Positions 47,079 to 56,299 of a DNA stretch of 64,000 nt are shown in pieces. Source of the DNA: Myxococcota bacterium (GTDB taxonomy: Bacteria > Myxococcota_A > UBA796 > CAJQPC01); NCBI GenBank assembly GCA_036229005.1, contig JAZAMN010000071.1, positions 179,388 through 243,387 of the forward strand, in the 5' to 3' direction. Below the pieces are notes generated by a model. That model saw nothing but the letters and a program-made list of their open reading frames with translations, was not told where the DNA came from and ran no database searches. Position numbers and translations under genes: made by a program. Position 1 is the first letter of the stretch; each line of letters begins with the position of its first letter.

Positions 47079-49577
47079 ATGCTCGCTCTCCTGCTGGCTT
47101 GCCAGCTCCCAAGCGCCCCCGGCACGGTCTCCAGGGACACGCCGGGGGCTGCTGCGTGGGCCATCGGGCGCCAGGCCCCCAAGTCTCTGGAGCTGCCCCA
47201 GAGCGTCCGGCCGGACGACGCTCCCGCCCCTGAGACCGTGCCCATCACCGGGCCCTTCGTCCTGACCCGGACGGTGGATGGGATCGCCACCTGGGAGGCC
47301 CCCCTCCCGGCGCGGCCGCGTAGCCTCTTCTTCACCCGGCCCCCCTCCGGCATGCGCGTGGAGACCGCGGACGGGAAGGTGTGGTCCCACAGCCGCAAGA
47401 AGCAGGCGCCCGCTGAGACCTGGGCCTTCTCCGCCGACACCGTGCTGGTGCGCACCGCCGGCGAGCCCCCGGAGTCCGGCGAGCTGGTCCTGCGTTGGCC
47501 CACCGCCCAGGAGCGCGAGGACGCCCTGAACCTGGCGACCTTCAGCGCCGACCCCACCTCCATCACCGAGCAGGAGCGCTTCACCCTGCGCTCTGTGCAG
47601 GTCGGCGAGGACACCCGCACCGGCTTGCTGCTGCCCGCTCCCAGCCGGGTGGTCTACGGCGGGCGGGCCCTGGCCGAGAACGCCACCCTCAGCTTCGAGG
47701 CCCGGGTGCTGCCCCCCGAGTTCGCGGTGCCCAAGACCAGCGATGGATCCGATGTCCTCGTCTGGGTCCAGGTCCCCGGTCAGGCGCCCGAGGAGGTCTG
47801 GCGGGGTCGTGTTGAGGGCGGGAGCTGGAGGCAGGTCCGAGTCGACCTCTCCCCCTGGGAAGGGCAGGTGGTGGACGTGATCCTGCAGACCCAGGACAGC
47901 GTGGACACCACCCTGGACTACGTGTTCCTGGCCGACCCGGTGATCTACACCCCCGTCAGCGACCCCAAGCGCATGGTCCTGGTGTTCCTGGACACCACCC
48001 GCCCCGACCACCTGGGCATGTACGGCTACGAGCGGGACACCACCCCCAAGCTGGACGCCTGGGCGCAGGACGCCGCGATCTTCGAGAACGCACGCTCGGT
48101 CGCCCCGTGGACCCTGCCCAGCGCCCGCAGCGCTCTGACCGGCCGGCAGCCGGAGCACTGGGAGAGCGGGCAGCACGTCGCCGAGGTGCTCGCCGAGCAG
48201 GGCTACGCCACCAGCGCCGCCGTCGGCAACGTCTACCTGAGCGCCAACTTCGACATGGCCCAGGGCTGGTCCAGCTACAGCGTCGAGAACTGGCCCACCA
48301 TCGACCAGCAGGTGGACAAGCTCCAGAGCTTCATCGAGCGGAACCCCGACCGCGACAGCCTGCTGCTGCTCCACACCATGGACATGCACCTGCCCTACAC
48401 CGAGCCGGTGCGCTACCGCCGCAAGTGGGCCAGCGCGCCCCCCGACGGCCTGAGCTGGAACAGCACCCGCACCCCGGTCATGCAGGCCGCGCGCAAGAAC
48501 CTGGAGAGCACCCGCCAGTGGGTGATCGACCGCTACGACCAGAACCTGCGCTTCACCGACGACGTGCTCTCCGCCTTCCTGGAGGAGCTCGGGGACCAGA
48601 ACACCTGGGTGCTGATCTTCGCCGACCACGGCGAGGAGTTCTGGGACCACGACGGCTTCGAGCACGGCCACAGCCTCTACGATGAGCTGCTGCGGGTCCC
48701 CTTTGTCGTGAAGGGGCCTGGGGTGCCCGCCGGACGGGTGGATGCACCGATCTCGCTGCTGGACCTGACCCCCACCGTGCTGGATCTGCTCGACGTCGAG
48801 GTCCCCAGTGGCCTGAACCCCCTGGGGCGCTCCGTCCTGCCCGCCGCGAGCGGGGACGCCGAGGCCATCGCCGCGCTGGAGGCCCGCCCCCACGCCGTCG
48901 GCCGCCCCCTCTACGGGGACGAGCGCTGGGGCGTGATCCACGAAGACCAGAAGTGGAGCACCTACCGCGGCGAGCAGGTCCTGGTGGATCTGAGCGCCGA
49001 CCCCCTGGAGGCCACCGACCTGGCCGGCCAGCAGGACCTGAGCGCCCACCGGCAGGCCATGGGCCAGGCCCTGGAGACCGAGGCCCCGGTGTCCTGGCGC
49101 ATCGTCCTGGGCAAGGGCGGAAACTCCCGGCACGAGCAGGTCCTGCGCATCTCCCACCCCAGCGGCATCCAGAGCGCCTGGCTGGGTCAGGACCCCCTCA
49201 AGGCCACCCGCATGGCCATGGTCGGACCGGACGAATCCGGCGCCTACGAGGTGGTCGTGTTCCCCGAGAAGCGCGGCCAGCGCGAGATCTACGTGGTCCC
49301 CGCCGGCGACCCCACCCAGCTTGAGGGCCTGAGCCTGCAGTGGGTGGACAAGCTGCCCGCGGGCGACGTGGCCAAGGAACCCTGGGTGGCGCCCGCCGGC
49401 GAGCACAGCGTCGACAACACCGGCCGCGTGCTGCAGAGCGCGCGGGTCGGGCCCCGCAACGTGACCATCACCTGGGGCTTCGCGCCGGTGCCCAACGGCA
49501 AGCAGATCGACGGCACGGACGACGAGCTGACCGAGGCCCTGGAGGCCATGGGCTACACCTCCCGCGACCACGAGTAG
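47079..49577 (+). CDS. Sulfatase/alkaline-phosphatase-superfamily lipoprotein
   Basis: DTTRPDHLG.YGY.R.TTP, PWTLPS..S.LTG (no CxPxR), MDMHLPY, ADHGEEF and HGHSLYDELLRVP. Confidence 0.87.
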   Translation: MLALLLACQLPSAPGTVSRDTPGAAAWAIGRQAPKSLELPQSVRPDDAPAPETVPITGPFVLTRTVDGIATWEAPLPARPRSLFFTRPPSGMRVETADGKVWSHSRKKQAPAETWAFSADTVLVRTAGEPPESGELVLRWPTAQEREDALNLATFSADPTSITEQERFTLRSVQVGEDTRTGLLLPAPSRVVYGGRALAENATLSFEARVLPPEFAVPKTSDGSDVLVWVQVPGQAPEEVWRGRVEGGSWRQVRVDLSPWEGQVVDVILQTQDSVDTTLDYVFLADPVIYTPVSDPKRMVLVFLDTTRPDHLGMYGYERDTTPKLDAWAQDAAIFENARSVAPWTLPSARSALTGRQPEHWESGQHVAEVLAEQGYATSAAVGNVYLSANFDMAQGWSSYSVENWPTIDQQVDKLQSFIERNPDRDSLLLLHTMDMHLPYTEPVRYRRKWASAPPDGLSWNSTRTPVMQAARKNLESTRQWVIDRYDQNLRFTDDVLSAFLEELGDQNTWVLIFADHGEEFWDHDGFEHGHSLYDELLRVPFVVKGPGVPAGRVDAPISLLDLTPTVLDLLDVEVPSGLNPLGRSVLPAASGDAEAIAALEARPHAVGRPLYGDERWGVIHEDQKWSTYRGEQVLVDLSADPLEATDLAGQQDLSAHRQAMGQALETEAPVSWRIVLGKGGNSRHEQVLRISHPSGIQSAWLGQDPLKATRMAMVGPDESGAYEVVVFPEKRGQREIYVVPAGDPTQLEGLSLQWVDKLPAGDVAKEPWVAPAGEHSVDNTGRVLQSARVGPRNVTITWGFAPVPNGKQIDGTDDELTEALEAMGYTSRDHE

Positions 49578-49655
49578 GGGCGGTCCACGGAAGCCTGACC
49601 TCGTCGATGCCATGGAGCCCTTGACAAGTCAACAAGGGCGGATCAAGGTCAGGAG

Positions 49656-51281
49656 GTGAACGGCATCTTTCTCGGCATCGTGGTCATCTCGGTCCTCCTG
49701 GCCTTGCTCTCGGGCAACCTGGAGGGGGCCTCGCTCGCCGCGCTCTCTGGCGCAAAATCCAGCGTAGACCTGGCTCTTGGCCTGATTGGCTACATGGCGC
49801 TGTTCATGGGCCTGATGAAGGTCGCCGAGGAGGGGGGCCTGCTGCGCCTGCTCGCGCGCGCCATCCGCCCCATCATGACGCGCCTGTTCCCGGACGTGCC
49901 CGCCGAGCACCCCGCGATGGCCGCGATGATCATGAACATCTCCGCGAACATGCTGGGGCTGGGCAACGCGTCCACCCCCCTGGGCATCAAGGCGATGCAG
50001 GAGCTCTCCAAGCTCAACCGGGGCCGCGGGGTCGCGAGCAACGCGATGGTGCTGTTTCTGGCGATCAACACCTCGGGGCTGGCGCTGCTGCCCAGCGGGG
50101 TCGTGAGCATCCGGGCCGCCGAGGGCTCGCTGGACCCTTGGGGGATCATGGCGACCACCCTCACCGCGACGCTCTTGAGCACCATCGTCGGGATCACAGC
50201 GGCCAAGACCCTGCAGCGGCTGCCTTGGTTCACCTACCCGACCGAGCCGGCCCAAGAAGACCCCGAGAACCCCAGCGCAGACGAGGACAACAGCAGCGAC
50301 TCCGAAGAGGTCCGCGAGCTGATGGACTACGCCAAGCCCACCCCGGACGACTGGCGGGTGTGGACGCTGCGCGGCGTGCTGGTGTTCGTGGTGCTGGCGC
50401 TGGCTGGACCCGCGCTGGGGGCAGCCTTTTTGGACGACATGGAGCCCGAGCCCCCCGTGGTGGGGATCGACCAGGTCGCGCCGCGCTGGGCCACGGTGCA
50501 GCTCCCCAAGGGCGGCACCTGGAGCCTGGACTCCGCGCAGGTCTACGAGGGCGGCCCCGGCCCCATGCAGGTGCGCATCCAGGCAGCGCTGGAGCCGGGC
50601 GCCGCGGTGATCGAGGGGAGCGCGGCCGAGGTCACGGACGGGCGCTTTGTTCCGGACGGGCTGGGCACCTACACCCTGAGCTGCGCCGGGGACTGCGAGA
50701 AGCTGGCGTGGACCGTGAGCAGCTACCGGAACCCGCCGGACGAGCTGCGGCACGTGGCCGACCAGATCGGCGACGCGGTGATCCCCTTCCTGGTGCTGGT
50801 GCTGCTGGGCTTTGGCGCGCTGCGGAAGGTCAAGGTCTACGAGGTCTTTGTGGCCGGGGCCAAGGACGGCTTCTCGACGGCGGTGAAGATCATCCCCTAC
50901 CTGGTGGCCATCCTCTTCGCGGTGGGCATGCTGCGCGCGGCAGGCGGGATGACGCTGCTGGGGACGGTGCTCTCGCCGCTGCTGGGCCCGCTGGGCGTTC
51001 CGGCCGACATCCTGCCCATGGCGCTGCTGCGGCCGCTGTCGGGGTCGGGCTCCTTTGGGCTGATGATCGAGCTGATCCAGACCCACGGGCCGGACAGCGC
51101 CATCGGCTACCTGGCGAGCACGCTGCAGGGGAGCACGGAGACCACGTTCTATGTGCTGGCCGTCTACTTCGGGGCGGTGAACGTGACCAAGACGCGGCAC
51201 GCGGCGCTGGCCGGTCTGAGCGCGGACTTCGCGGGCTTCGTGGGCGCGGTGCTGGCCTGCAAGCTGCTGCTGGGGCTGTGA
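49656..51281 (+). CDS. spmAB: Fused SpmA-SpmB (nucleoside-recognition GATE domain) membrane protein with an inserted domain
   Basis: LFPDVP..HPA, NMLGLGNASTPLGIKAM, VYEVFV.GAKDGF, LRPLSGSGS and STETTFYVLAVYFG. Confidence 0.88.
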   Translation: MNGIFLGIVVISVLLALLSGNLEGASLAALSGAKSSVDLALGLIGYMALFMGLMKVAEEGGLLRLLARAIRPIMTRLFPDVPAEHPAMAAMIMNISANMLGLGNASTPLGIKAMQELSKLNRGRGVASNAMVLFLAINTSGLALLPSGVVSIRAAEGSLDPWGIMATTLTATLLSTIVGITAAKTLQRLPWFTYPTEPAQEDPENPSADEDNSSDSEEVRELMDYAKPTPDDWRVWTLRGVLVFVVLALAGPALGAAFLDDMEPEPPVVGIDQVAPRWATVQLPKGGTWSLDSAQVYEGGPGPMQVRIQAALEPGAAVIEGSAAEVTDGRFVPDGLGTYTLSCAGDCEKLAWTVSSYRNPPDELRHVADQIGDAVIPFLVLVLLGFGALRKVKVYEVFVAGAKDGFSTAVKIIPYLVAILFAVGMLRAAGGMTLLGTVLSPLLGPLGVPADILPMALLRPLSGSGSFGLMIELIQTHGPDSAIGYLASTLQGSTETTFYVLAVYFGAVNVTKTRHAALAGLSADFAGFVGAVLACKLLLGL

Positions 51282-51285
51282 GCTG

Positions 51286-52398
51286 GTGACCTCGCTTTTG
51301 GGGCTGGTGCTGATGGGCTGCGAGGCCCGGCCGGTGGCGCGGTGTACCCAGAGTGACGCGGTGCCCATCGCGCACCTCGCCCCGGACCTGGAGAGCGTGT
51401 CGGGAGGAGAGGCGGCGAACGCGCTGCTGCGGCGGCTTCGCGGGTTGAGCGAGGAGGACTCGCGGCTGCTGCTGGGCCAGTCCGCGGGCCACGCCGACTA
51501 CCTGTGGGCGGAGACGCACGCCTACGCGACCGAGGGGATGGAGGAAGCGGTGGGGGCGCGGCCGGCGATCCTGCAGGTGGATCTGGGCTACGCGCAGCCC
51601 ACGCCCGAGACGACGGACCAGGCGGTGCAGGACGCCATCGCCCACTGGAACGCGGGGGGGCTGGTGACGCTGTCCAACCACGTGGCCAACCCCATCACCC
51701 AGGGCGACATCCGGGACCGGAGCTACCCGGCCGAAGACTTTGGGCTGGTGCTGGACCCGGACTCGGAGGCGCACGCGCGCTGGCTGGCCTCGCTGGACGC
51801 GATGGCCGGGCCTCTGGGTCAGCTCCAGGACGCGGGCGTGGTGGTGCTCTGGCGGCCCTTCCACGAGATGAACGGGAGCTGGTGGTGGTACTCGACCAAC
51901 CGGGACGACCAGTGGACCGCCGCCGAGGACTTCCGGGCGCTGTGGCGCTTGAGCTTTGAGCGCCTGACCCAGGAGCACGGCCTGGACAACCTGCTGTGGG
52001 TCTACGCGGCGAACGTGCAGCTTGGCGAGAACGTCCACGACAGCGCGCACTTCTACCCGGGGGACGACTGGGTGGACGTGGTGGCGCTGGACCTGTACGC
52101 CCCCGACCTGAGCGAGGTGGACCGCTGCGGGAGCCTGAACCGCCTGCTGGCCCTGGACAAGCCTCTGGGGCTGGCGGAGCTGGGCCCGGACGGGAGCGTC
52201 GCCCCCGGTGCGTGGGACGCGAGCGCGGTCCTGGAGCTGGCCGAGGCGGAGCCCCGCCTGGTGTTCGCGACCGCGTGGCACGACTACGAGACGCGCCTGA
52301 GCACGAGCACGCGGGCCTGGCACAGCAACGAGAACGCGCAGGCGCTGGTGGACGACCCGCTGGTGCTGACGCTGGAGGATGCGCCGCGCGGGGAGTGA
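51286..52398 (+). CDS. Glycoside hydrolase family 26 (beta-mannanase-like) lipoprotein
   Basis: WRPFHEMNGSWWW acid/base motif, YPGDDWVDVVALDLY and KPLGLAELG nucleophile. Confidence 0.88.
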   Translation: MTSLLGLVLMGCEARPVARCTQSDAVPIAHLAPDLESVSGGEAANALLRRLRGLSEEDSRLLLGQSAGHADYLWAETHAYATEGMEEAVGARPAILQVDLGYAQPTPETTDQAVQDAIAHWNAGGLVTLSNHVANPITQGDIRDRSYPAEDFGLVLDPDSEAHARWLASLDAMAGPLGQLQDAGVVVLWRPFHEMNGSWWWYSTNRDDQWTAAEDFRALWRLSFERLTQEHGLDNLLWVYAANVQLGENVHDSAHFYPGDDWVDVVALDLYAPDLSEVDRCGSLNRLLALDKPLGLAELGPDGSVAPGAWDASAVLELAEAEPRLVFATAWHDYETRLSTSTRAWHSNENAQALVDDPLVLTLEDAPRGE

Positions 52399-52410
52399 GC
52401 TGGGGTGGGC

Positions 52411-52761
52411 GCGCAAGTCGGGGTGAACGCAACGGGTCCGTGCGCAAGTCGGGGTGAACGCAACAGGCGGGTGCGCAAGTCGGGGTGAACGCAACCGGCC
52501 GGTGCGCAAGTCGGGGTGAACGCAACCGGCCGGTGCGCAAGTCGCGGTGAACGCAACAAGCGGCGGGGTCTGGGAGCCCGAGAGTTGCGTTCGACGGCAC
52601 TTGCGCGGCGCCAAGTTGCGTTCGAAGGCACTTGCGCGGCGCCAAGTTGCGTTCGGGGGCACTTGCGCGACGCCGAGTTGCGTTCGACGGCACTTGCGCG
52701 GTGCCGTGTTGCGTTCGACGGCACTTGCGCGGCGCCGTGTCGCGTTCGAAAGCACTTGCGC
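52411..52761. repeat. Inverted 31-bp-periodic array, family C (5 forward and 6 reverse units)
   Basis: GCGCAAGT-N6-GAACGCAAC at 52411, 52442, 52473, 52504 and 52535. Reverse complement at 52584, 52615, 52646, 52677, 52708 and 52739. Confidence 0.95.
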
Positions 52762-52861
52762 GCTCCAACTCCACAAATCCTGGCCCGCGCGCACGCGAGA
52801 GTAGCGCCCAGCCCTGGAGACCCCGGCAAAAGCTGGCACGCGAGCTGCAACCCCAGAGGGC

Positions 52862-54085
52862 ATGAAGCACCTGACCCTCGCCCTGATCTCCGCCGGCCTC
52901 CTCCCCGCCACCCCCCAGCCCGCCTGCCCGGAGCCCGCCCCGCAGACCCAGCCGGTGACCGAGACCACCCCGGAGGCCCCCGCCGAGGACTGGCAGTGGT
53001 ACAGCCAGCGCGTCCTGATCGACCTGCGCGGGGACAACCAGGCGCCCCCTGCGTACTTCCACTGGGAGGCGCCCCCCAGCGAGCACCTGCCCCCCGGGTG
53101 GGCGCTCCCCACCCCCAACCTGCTGGACCCCGAGCCCTCCGTCAGAGCGCAGCCCTGCCGCTACACCGAGACCACCGAGCTCAGCCTGCAGGGCACCCTG
53201 GGGCCGCTGAGCTTCCTGGCCCAGAGCGACTGGTCCATGGCCTGCTACGGCGAGGGCTGGGAGCGCTGGCTGATCTGGGACGGCCAGGCCGAGGTGGACC
53301 CCGCCACGCTGGTCGACCGCGACAGCCTGCTGAGCGCCCTGGAGCACCACGAGGCGAGCGACGAGCTCACGGCCGACGCCGTCGCGGGCCTCCGCACCCT
53401 GCTCACCACCGGTGGCTCCGAGTGGGTCGAGGGCTGGTCCGTCCTGCCCCTGCGCTGGGACCCCGAGCGCGACCGCGTCCTGCTCCGCGTGGGCATCGAG
53501 TACCGCCTGGCCAGCCCCCTCCAGAACGTGCTGCCCATCGAGGTGGAGGTCCAGCCCACCCCACGCCTCCGGGGCCTGCTCGACGGCCAGACCCTGCGCC
53601 TGGATGCCCACCCGCTCTACACCTACACCCAGGGCGAGCTGGCCCCCAGCCTCTCCCTGAGCGTCGGAAGCTCCTGGGCCGAGGGCTCCGCGCCCGAGCG
53701 CATCTGGCCCCTGGACTGCCGCGTTCCCCAGGGCACCACCGCCCACCCCGAGCTCCGCGCCACCCTGGAGGCCCCCGAGCTCTGGTGCGGCGAAGGCGCC
53801 GGCATCCCCCTGAACGCCGAGCTCCACGAGACCGTCTCCGTGCTCGGCCAGGTCGGCCCCCTGCTCACCACCCTCAGCGAGCACAACCTCCCTACTGAGC
53901 AGCCCCCCATCCCCCACACCATCGACCTGCGCACCGGCGAGCGCCTCCCCCACCTGGAGGGCGCCGTTCCGGTCGCCGTGGAAGGCAGCACGATCCTCTA
54001 CCGCAAGCCCGATGGCACCGTGGTCCGTGAGCACCGCCCCGCCTTCAAGGTCGTCTGGCTGCGCGCCCCTCTGCTGGCCGAGTAG
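52862..54085 (+). CDS. Exported hypothetical protein
   Basis: MKHLTLALISAGLL signal-like start, P/T/E linker and coding codon bias. Confidence 0.7.
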   Translation: MKHLTLALISAGLLPATPQPACPEPAPQTQPVTETTPEAPAEDWQWYSQRVLIDLRGDNQAPPAYFHWEAPPSEHLPPGWALPTPNLLDPEPSVRAQPCRYTETTELSLQGTLGPLSFLAQSDWSMACYGEGWERWLIWDGQAEVDPATLVDRDSLLSALEHHEASDELTADAVAGLRTLLTTGGSEWVEGWSVLPLRWDPERDRVLLRVGIEYRLASPLQNVLPIEVEVQPTPRLRGLLDGQTLRLDAHPLYTYTQGELAPSLSLSVGSSWAEGSAPERIWPLDCRVPQGTTAHPELRATLEAPELWCGEGAGIPLNAELHETVSVLGQVGPLLTTLSEHNLPTEQPPIPHTIDLRTGERLPHLEGAVPVAVEGSTILYRKPDGTVVREHRPAFKVVWLRAPLLAE

Positions 54086-54116
54086 CAACCCCACATCCCC
54101 CGCGACCTACCCGGAC

Positions 54117-54791
54117 ATGCACCTGCTTCTCCTCCTCTCCTGCGCCACCGAATCCATCGAAGACGGCGTCACCCTGGGTCCCTTCACCCAGGTCAAGACC
54201 AGCTTCACCAGCGCCTTCGTGGCCGTCACGGACCAGGGCGTGCTGCTGGTCGACGCCGGCTACCAGGACGACGGCAAGAACGTCGAGGCGCACCTGGAGC
54301 CCCTGGGCCTCACCCTCCGCGACGTGGACGATGTGCTGCTCACCCACGGCCACAGCGACCACACCGCCGGCCTGCCCGCCTACGAGAACGCCACCGTCTG
54401 GGCCCACGAAGACGAGGTCGCCTTGATCCTGGAGGAGGGCCCCGAGGGCATCCAGGTCGACCAGCGCTTCGTGGACGGCGAGACCCTGGACATCCAGGGC
54501 TTCACGATCCAGCCCATCCGCGTGCCCGGCCACACCGACGGCAACGTGGTCTACCTGGTCGACGGCGTGCTGCTCATGGGCGACACCGCCATGCTCTACA
54601 GCGACGGCACGGTGGGCCCCCCGCCCGAGAAGTACAGCAGCGACCCCGCCCAGGCCCAGTCCGAGCTGCTCCTGCTGCGCGACAGCCTCCAGACCCGCCA
54701 GGAGGAGATCAGCGCCATCGGCTTTTCCCACAGCGCGGCCCTGCGCGGCGACCTGAGCGCCTTCTGGGAGATGGAGGCCCGCCCGGAGTAG
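54117..54791 (+). CDS. Metallo-beta-lactamase-fold hydrolase lipoprotein
   Basis: MHLLLLLSC start with LVDAG, THGHSDH, PGHT, MGD and a distal H. Confidence 0.88.
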   Translation: MHLLLLLSCATESIEDGVTLGPFTQVKTSFTSAFVAVTDQGVLLVDAGYQDDGKNVEAHLEPLGLTLRDVDDVLLTHGHSDHTAGLPAYENATVWAHEDEVALILEEGPEGIQVDQRFVDGETLDIQGFTIQPIRVPGHTDGNVVYLVDGVLLMGDTAMLYSDGTVGPPPEKYSSDPAQAQSELLLLRDSLQTRQEEISAIGFSHSAALRGDLSAFWEMEARPE

Positions 54792-54809
54792 CGGGGATAG
54801 AGCCTCGCC

Positions 54810-56258
54810 ATGAGCTGGCTCCAAGCGCTGCGATCCCAGGTTGACGAAGAGGGCTGGAGGCGCCTCCAGGCCTTCCCGGGCACACCCCTGCGCACCCATC
54901 CCCCCGCGCACCTCCCTCCCCTTGGCGCCGGCGAGGCACTGCGCAGCGAGGTCGACGCCGACCAGGCCGCCCTCTTCCAGCGGCGCCTGGAGGGCAGCTC
55001 CCAGATCTTGGCCGACATCGCCGACAACCCCAATGCCCGGCACCCCCGCGCGGCCACCCAGGCCCGCGCCTACCGCATGGCCCTCCACCTGCGGGCCGAG
55101 GAGATCCTGGCCGCCCCGGCCCCCCGCGCCCGCCGCCTGCGCGCGCTGGCAGACTACTACGCGAGCTGCGGGGCCCTGCTGCTCCACGCCGACCCGACGC
55201 TGTCCAAGCCCTGGGAGCTCGGCGTGCGCTGGAGTGACCTCGCTGGGGGGGCCCGTCTTGGCAAGGTGACGGGGGCCAGCAGCCTGGGGCCGGTGCACCT
55301 GCACCTGCTGGAACTCCCAGAGCCCGCCTTCCAGAGCCGCATCTGCGCGGGCCAAAGCCTGGAGGCCCTCGCCCAGGAGTCCGGCGCGCTGGCCGCGAGC
55401 TCGGGGGGCTTCTTCCTGTACTCGGAGGCCGACATCGCGCCGCCCGCCCAGCGCGGTGACCCGGTGGGCTGGCTGGTCTCCGGGGGGCACACCCAGCGCC
55501 TGCCGCTGCTGGGCCGAGGGGCCCTGTTCCAGGATGCGCGCGTGCGGCTGGGGCGCATGGATCTTGTGGGCACGACCCTGACCCAGGGGGACTGGGCGGC
55601 GACGGTGGGCGGCCACAACGACCCGACGCACCTGGGGCGGGAGCCGGTGCTGTTCAACCGGGCCTGGGGACCCAATTGTGTGGACCACTGGGGGCCCTCG
55701 GTGGTGCTGTGGGCCGACCGGGTGCTGGCCGTGGGGAAGGGCGCGATGGCGGTCCCCCTGGACGGCGCGGTGCTCTGCCTGCCGCCGGGTCACCCCCTGC
55801 CGAACCTGGGGGGAATCGAGACGAACCACCCCGCCCAGGAGGCCATGGCCGGTGGCCCCATGCTGCTTCGCAACGGACAGCTCTGCATCGACCGGCCCAG
55901 CGAGGACTTCCTGGGGAGCGCGCCGCCGGTGACCTTCTCCCAGGACGAGACCTTCGACCAGAACCTGCTGCCGCGGCTGGCGGTGGGGCTGCGCGCGGAC
56001 GGGAGCCTGGTGCTGGCCTGCATCGACGGGCGAAACCTGGAGCGCGCCGTGGGGCTGACCCTCGACGGCACCGCCCGACTGCTGAGGGCGCAGGGCTGCG
56101 TGCGGGCGCTGAACCTGGACGGCGGGAGCTCCAAGCGGCTCTGGGTGCGGGGCCACGGAGGGGTGGATCTCGCCGACACCGAGCTGCGCAGCAAGGGGGG
56201 ACAGTCGGGGCGGATTCGCGAGGTCCGAACCGCGCTCTTGTGGAATCCACAAAAATAA
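54810..56258 (+). CDS. Phosphodiester glycosidase (NAGPA-like) family protein
   Basis: SGGFF, GGPMLLRNG, PRLAVG, IDGR and ALNLDGGSS motifs. Confidence 0.85.
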   Translation: MSWLQALRSQVDEEGWRRLQAFPGTPLRTHPPAHLPPLGAGEALRSEVDADQAALFQRRLEGSSQILADIADNPNARHPRAATQARAYRMALHLRAEEILAAPAPRARRLRALADYYASCGALLLHADPTLSKPWELGVRWSDLAGGARLGKVTGASSLGPVHLHLLELPEPAFQSRICAGQSLEALAQESGALAASSGGFFLYSEADIAPPAQRGDPVGWLVSGGHTQRLPLLGRGALFQDARVRLGRMDLVGTTLTQGDWAATVGGHNDPTHLGREPVLFNRAWGPNCVDHWGPSVVLWADRVLAVGKGAMAVPLDGAVLCLPPGHPLPNLGGIETNHPAQEAMAGGPMLLRNGQLCIDRPSEDFLGSAPPVTFSQDETFDQNLLPRLAVGLRADGSLVLACIDGRNLERAVGLTLDGTARLLRAQGCVRALNLDGGSSKRLWVRGHGGVDLADTELRSKGGQSGRIREVRTALLWNPQK

Positions 56259-56260
56259 TT

Positions 56261-56299
56261 TTGCGGGCCCTTCGTATCGTTCGCTAAGTTCCGAACGAT
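56261..56299 (+). promoter_or_regulatory. Promoter and palindromic operator of the GbsR/MarR regulator
   Basis: TTGCGG-N18-TAAGTT. Inverted repeat ATCGTTCG-N8-CGAACGAT (56276-56299) spans the -10 and the start codon. Confidence 0.6.

Noticed and set aside
49618..49639. TTGAC-AA-GTCAA palindrome upstream of spmAB as a regulator site
   Set aside because: It is a single short instance with no convincing -10 or cognate regulator, so it cannot be supported.
52411..52761. CRISPR array
   Set aside because: The intervening segments are only 6-8 bp and largely repeated, the two halves are inverted, and there are no cas genes.
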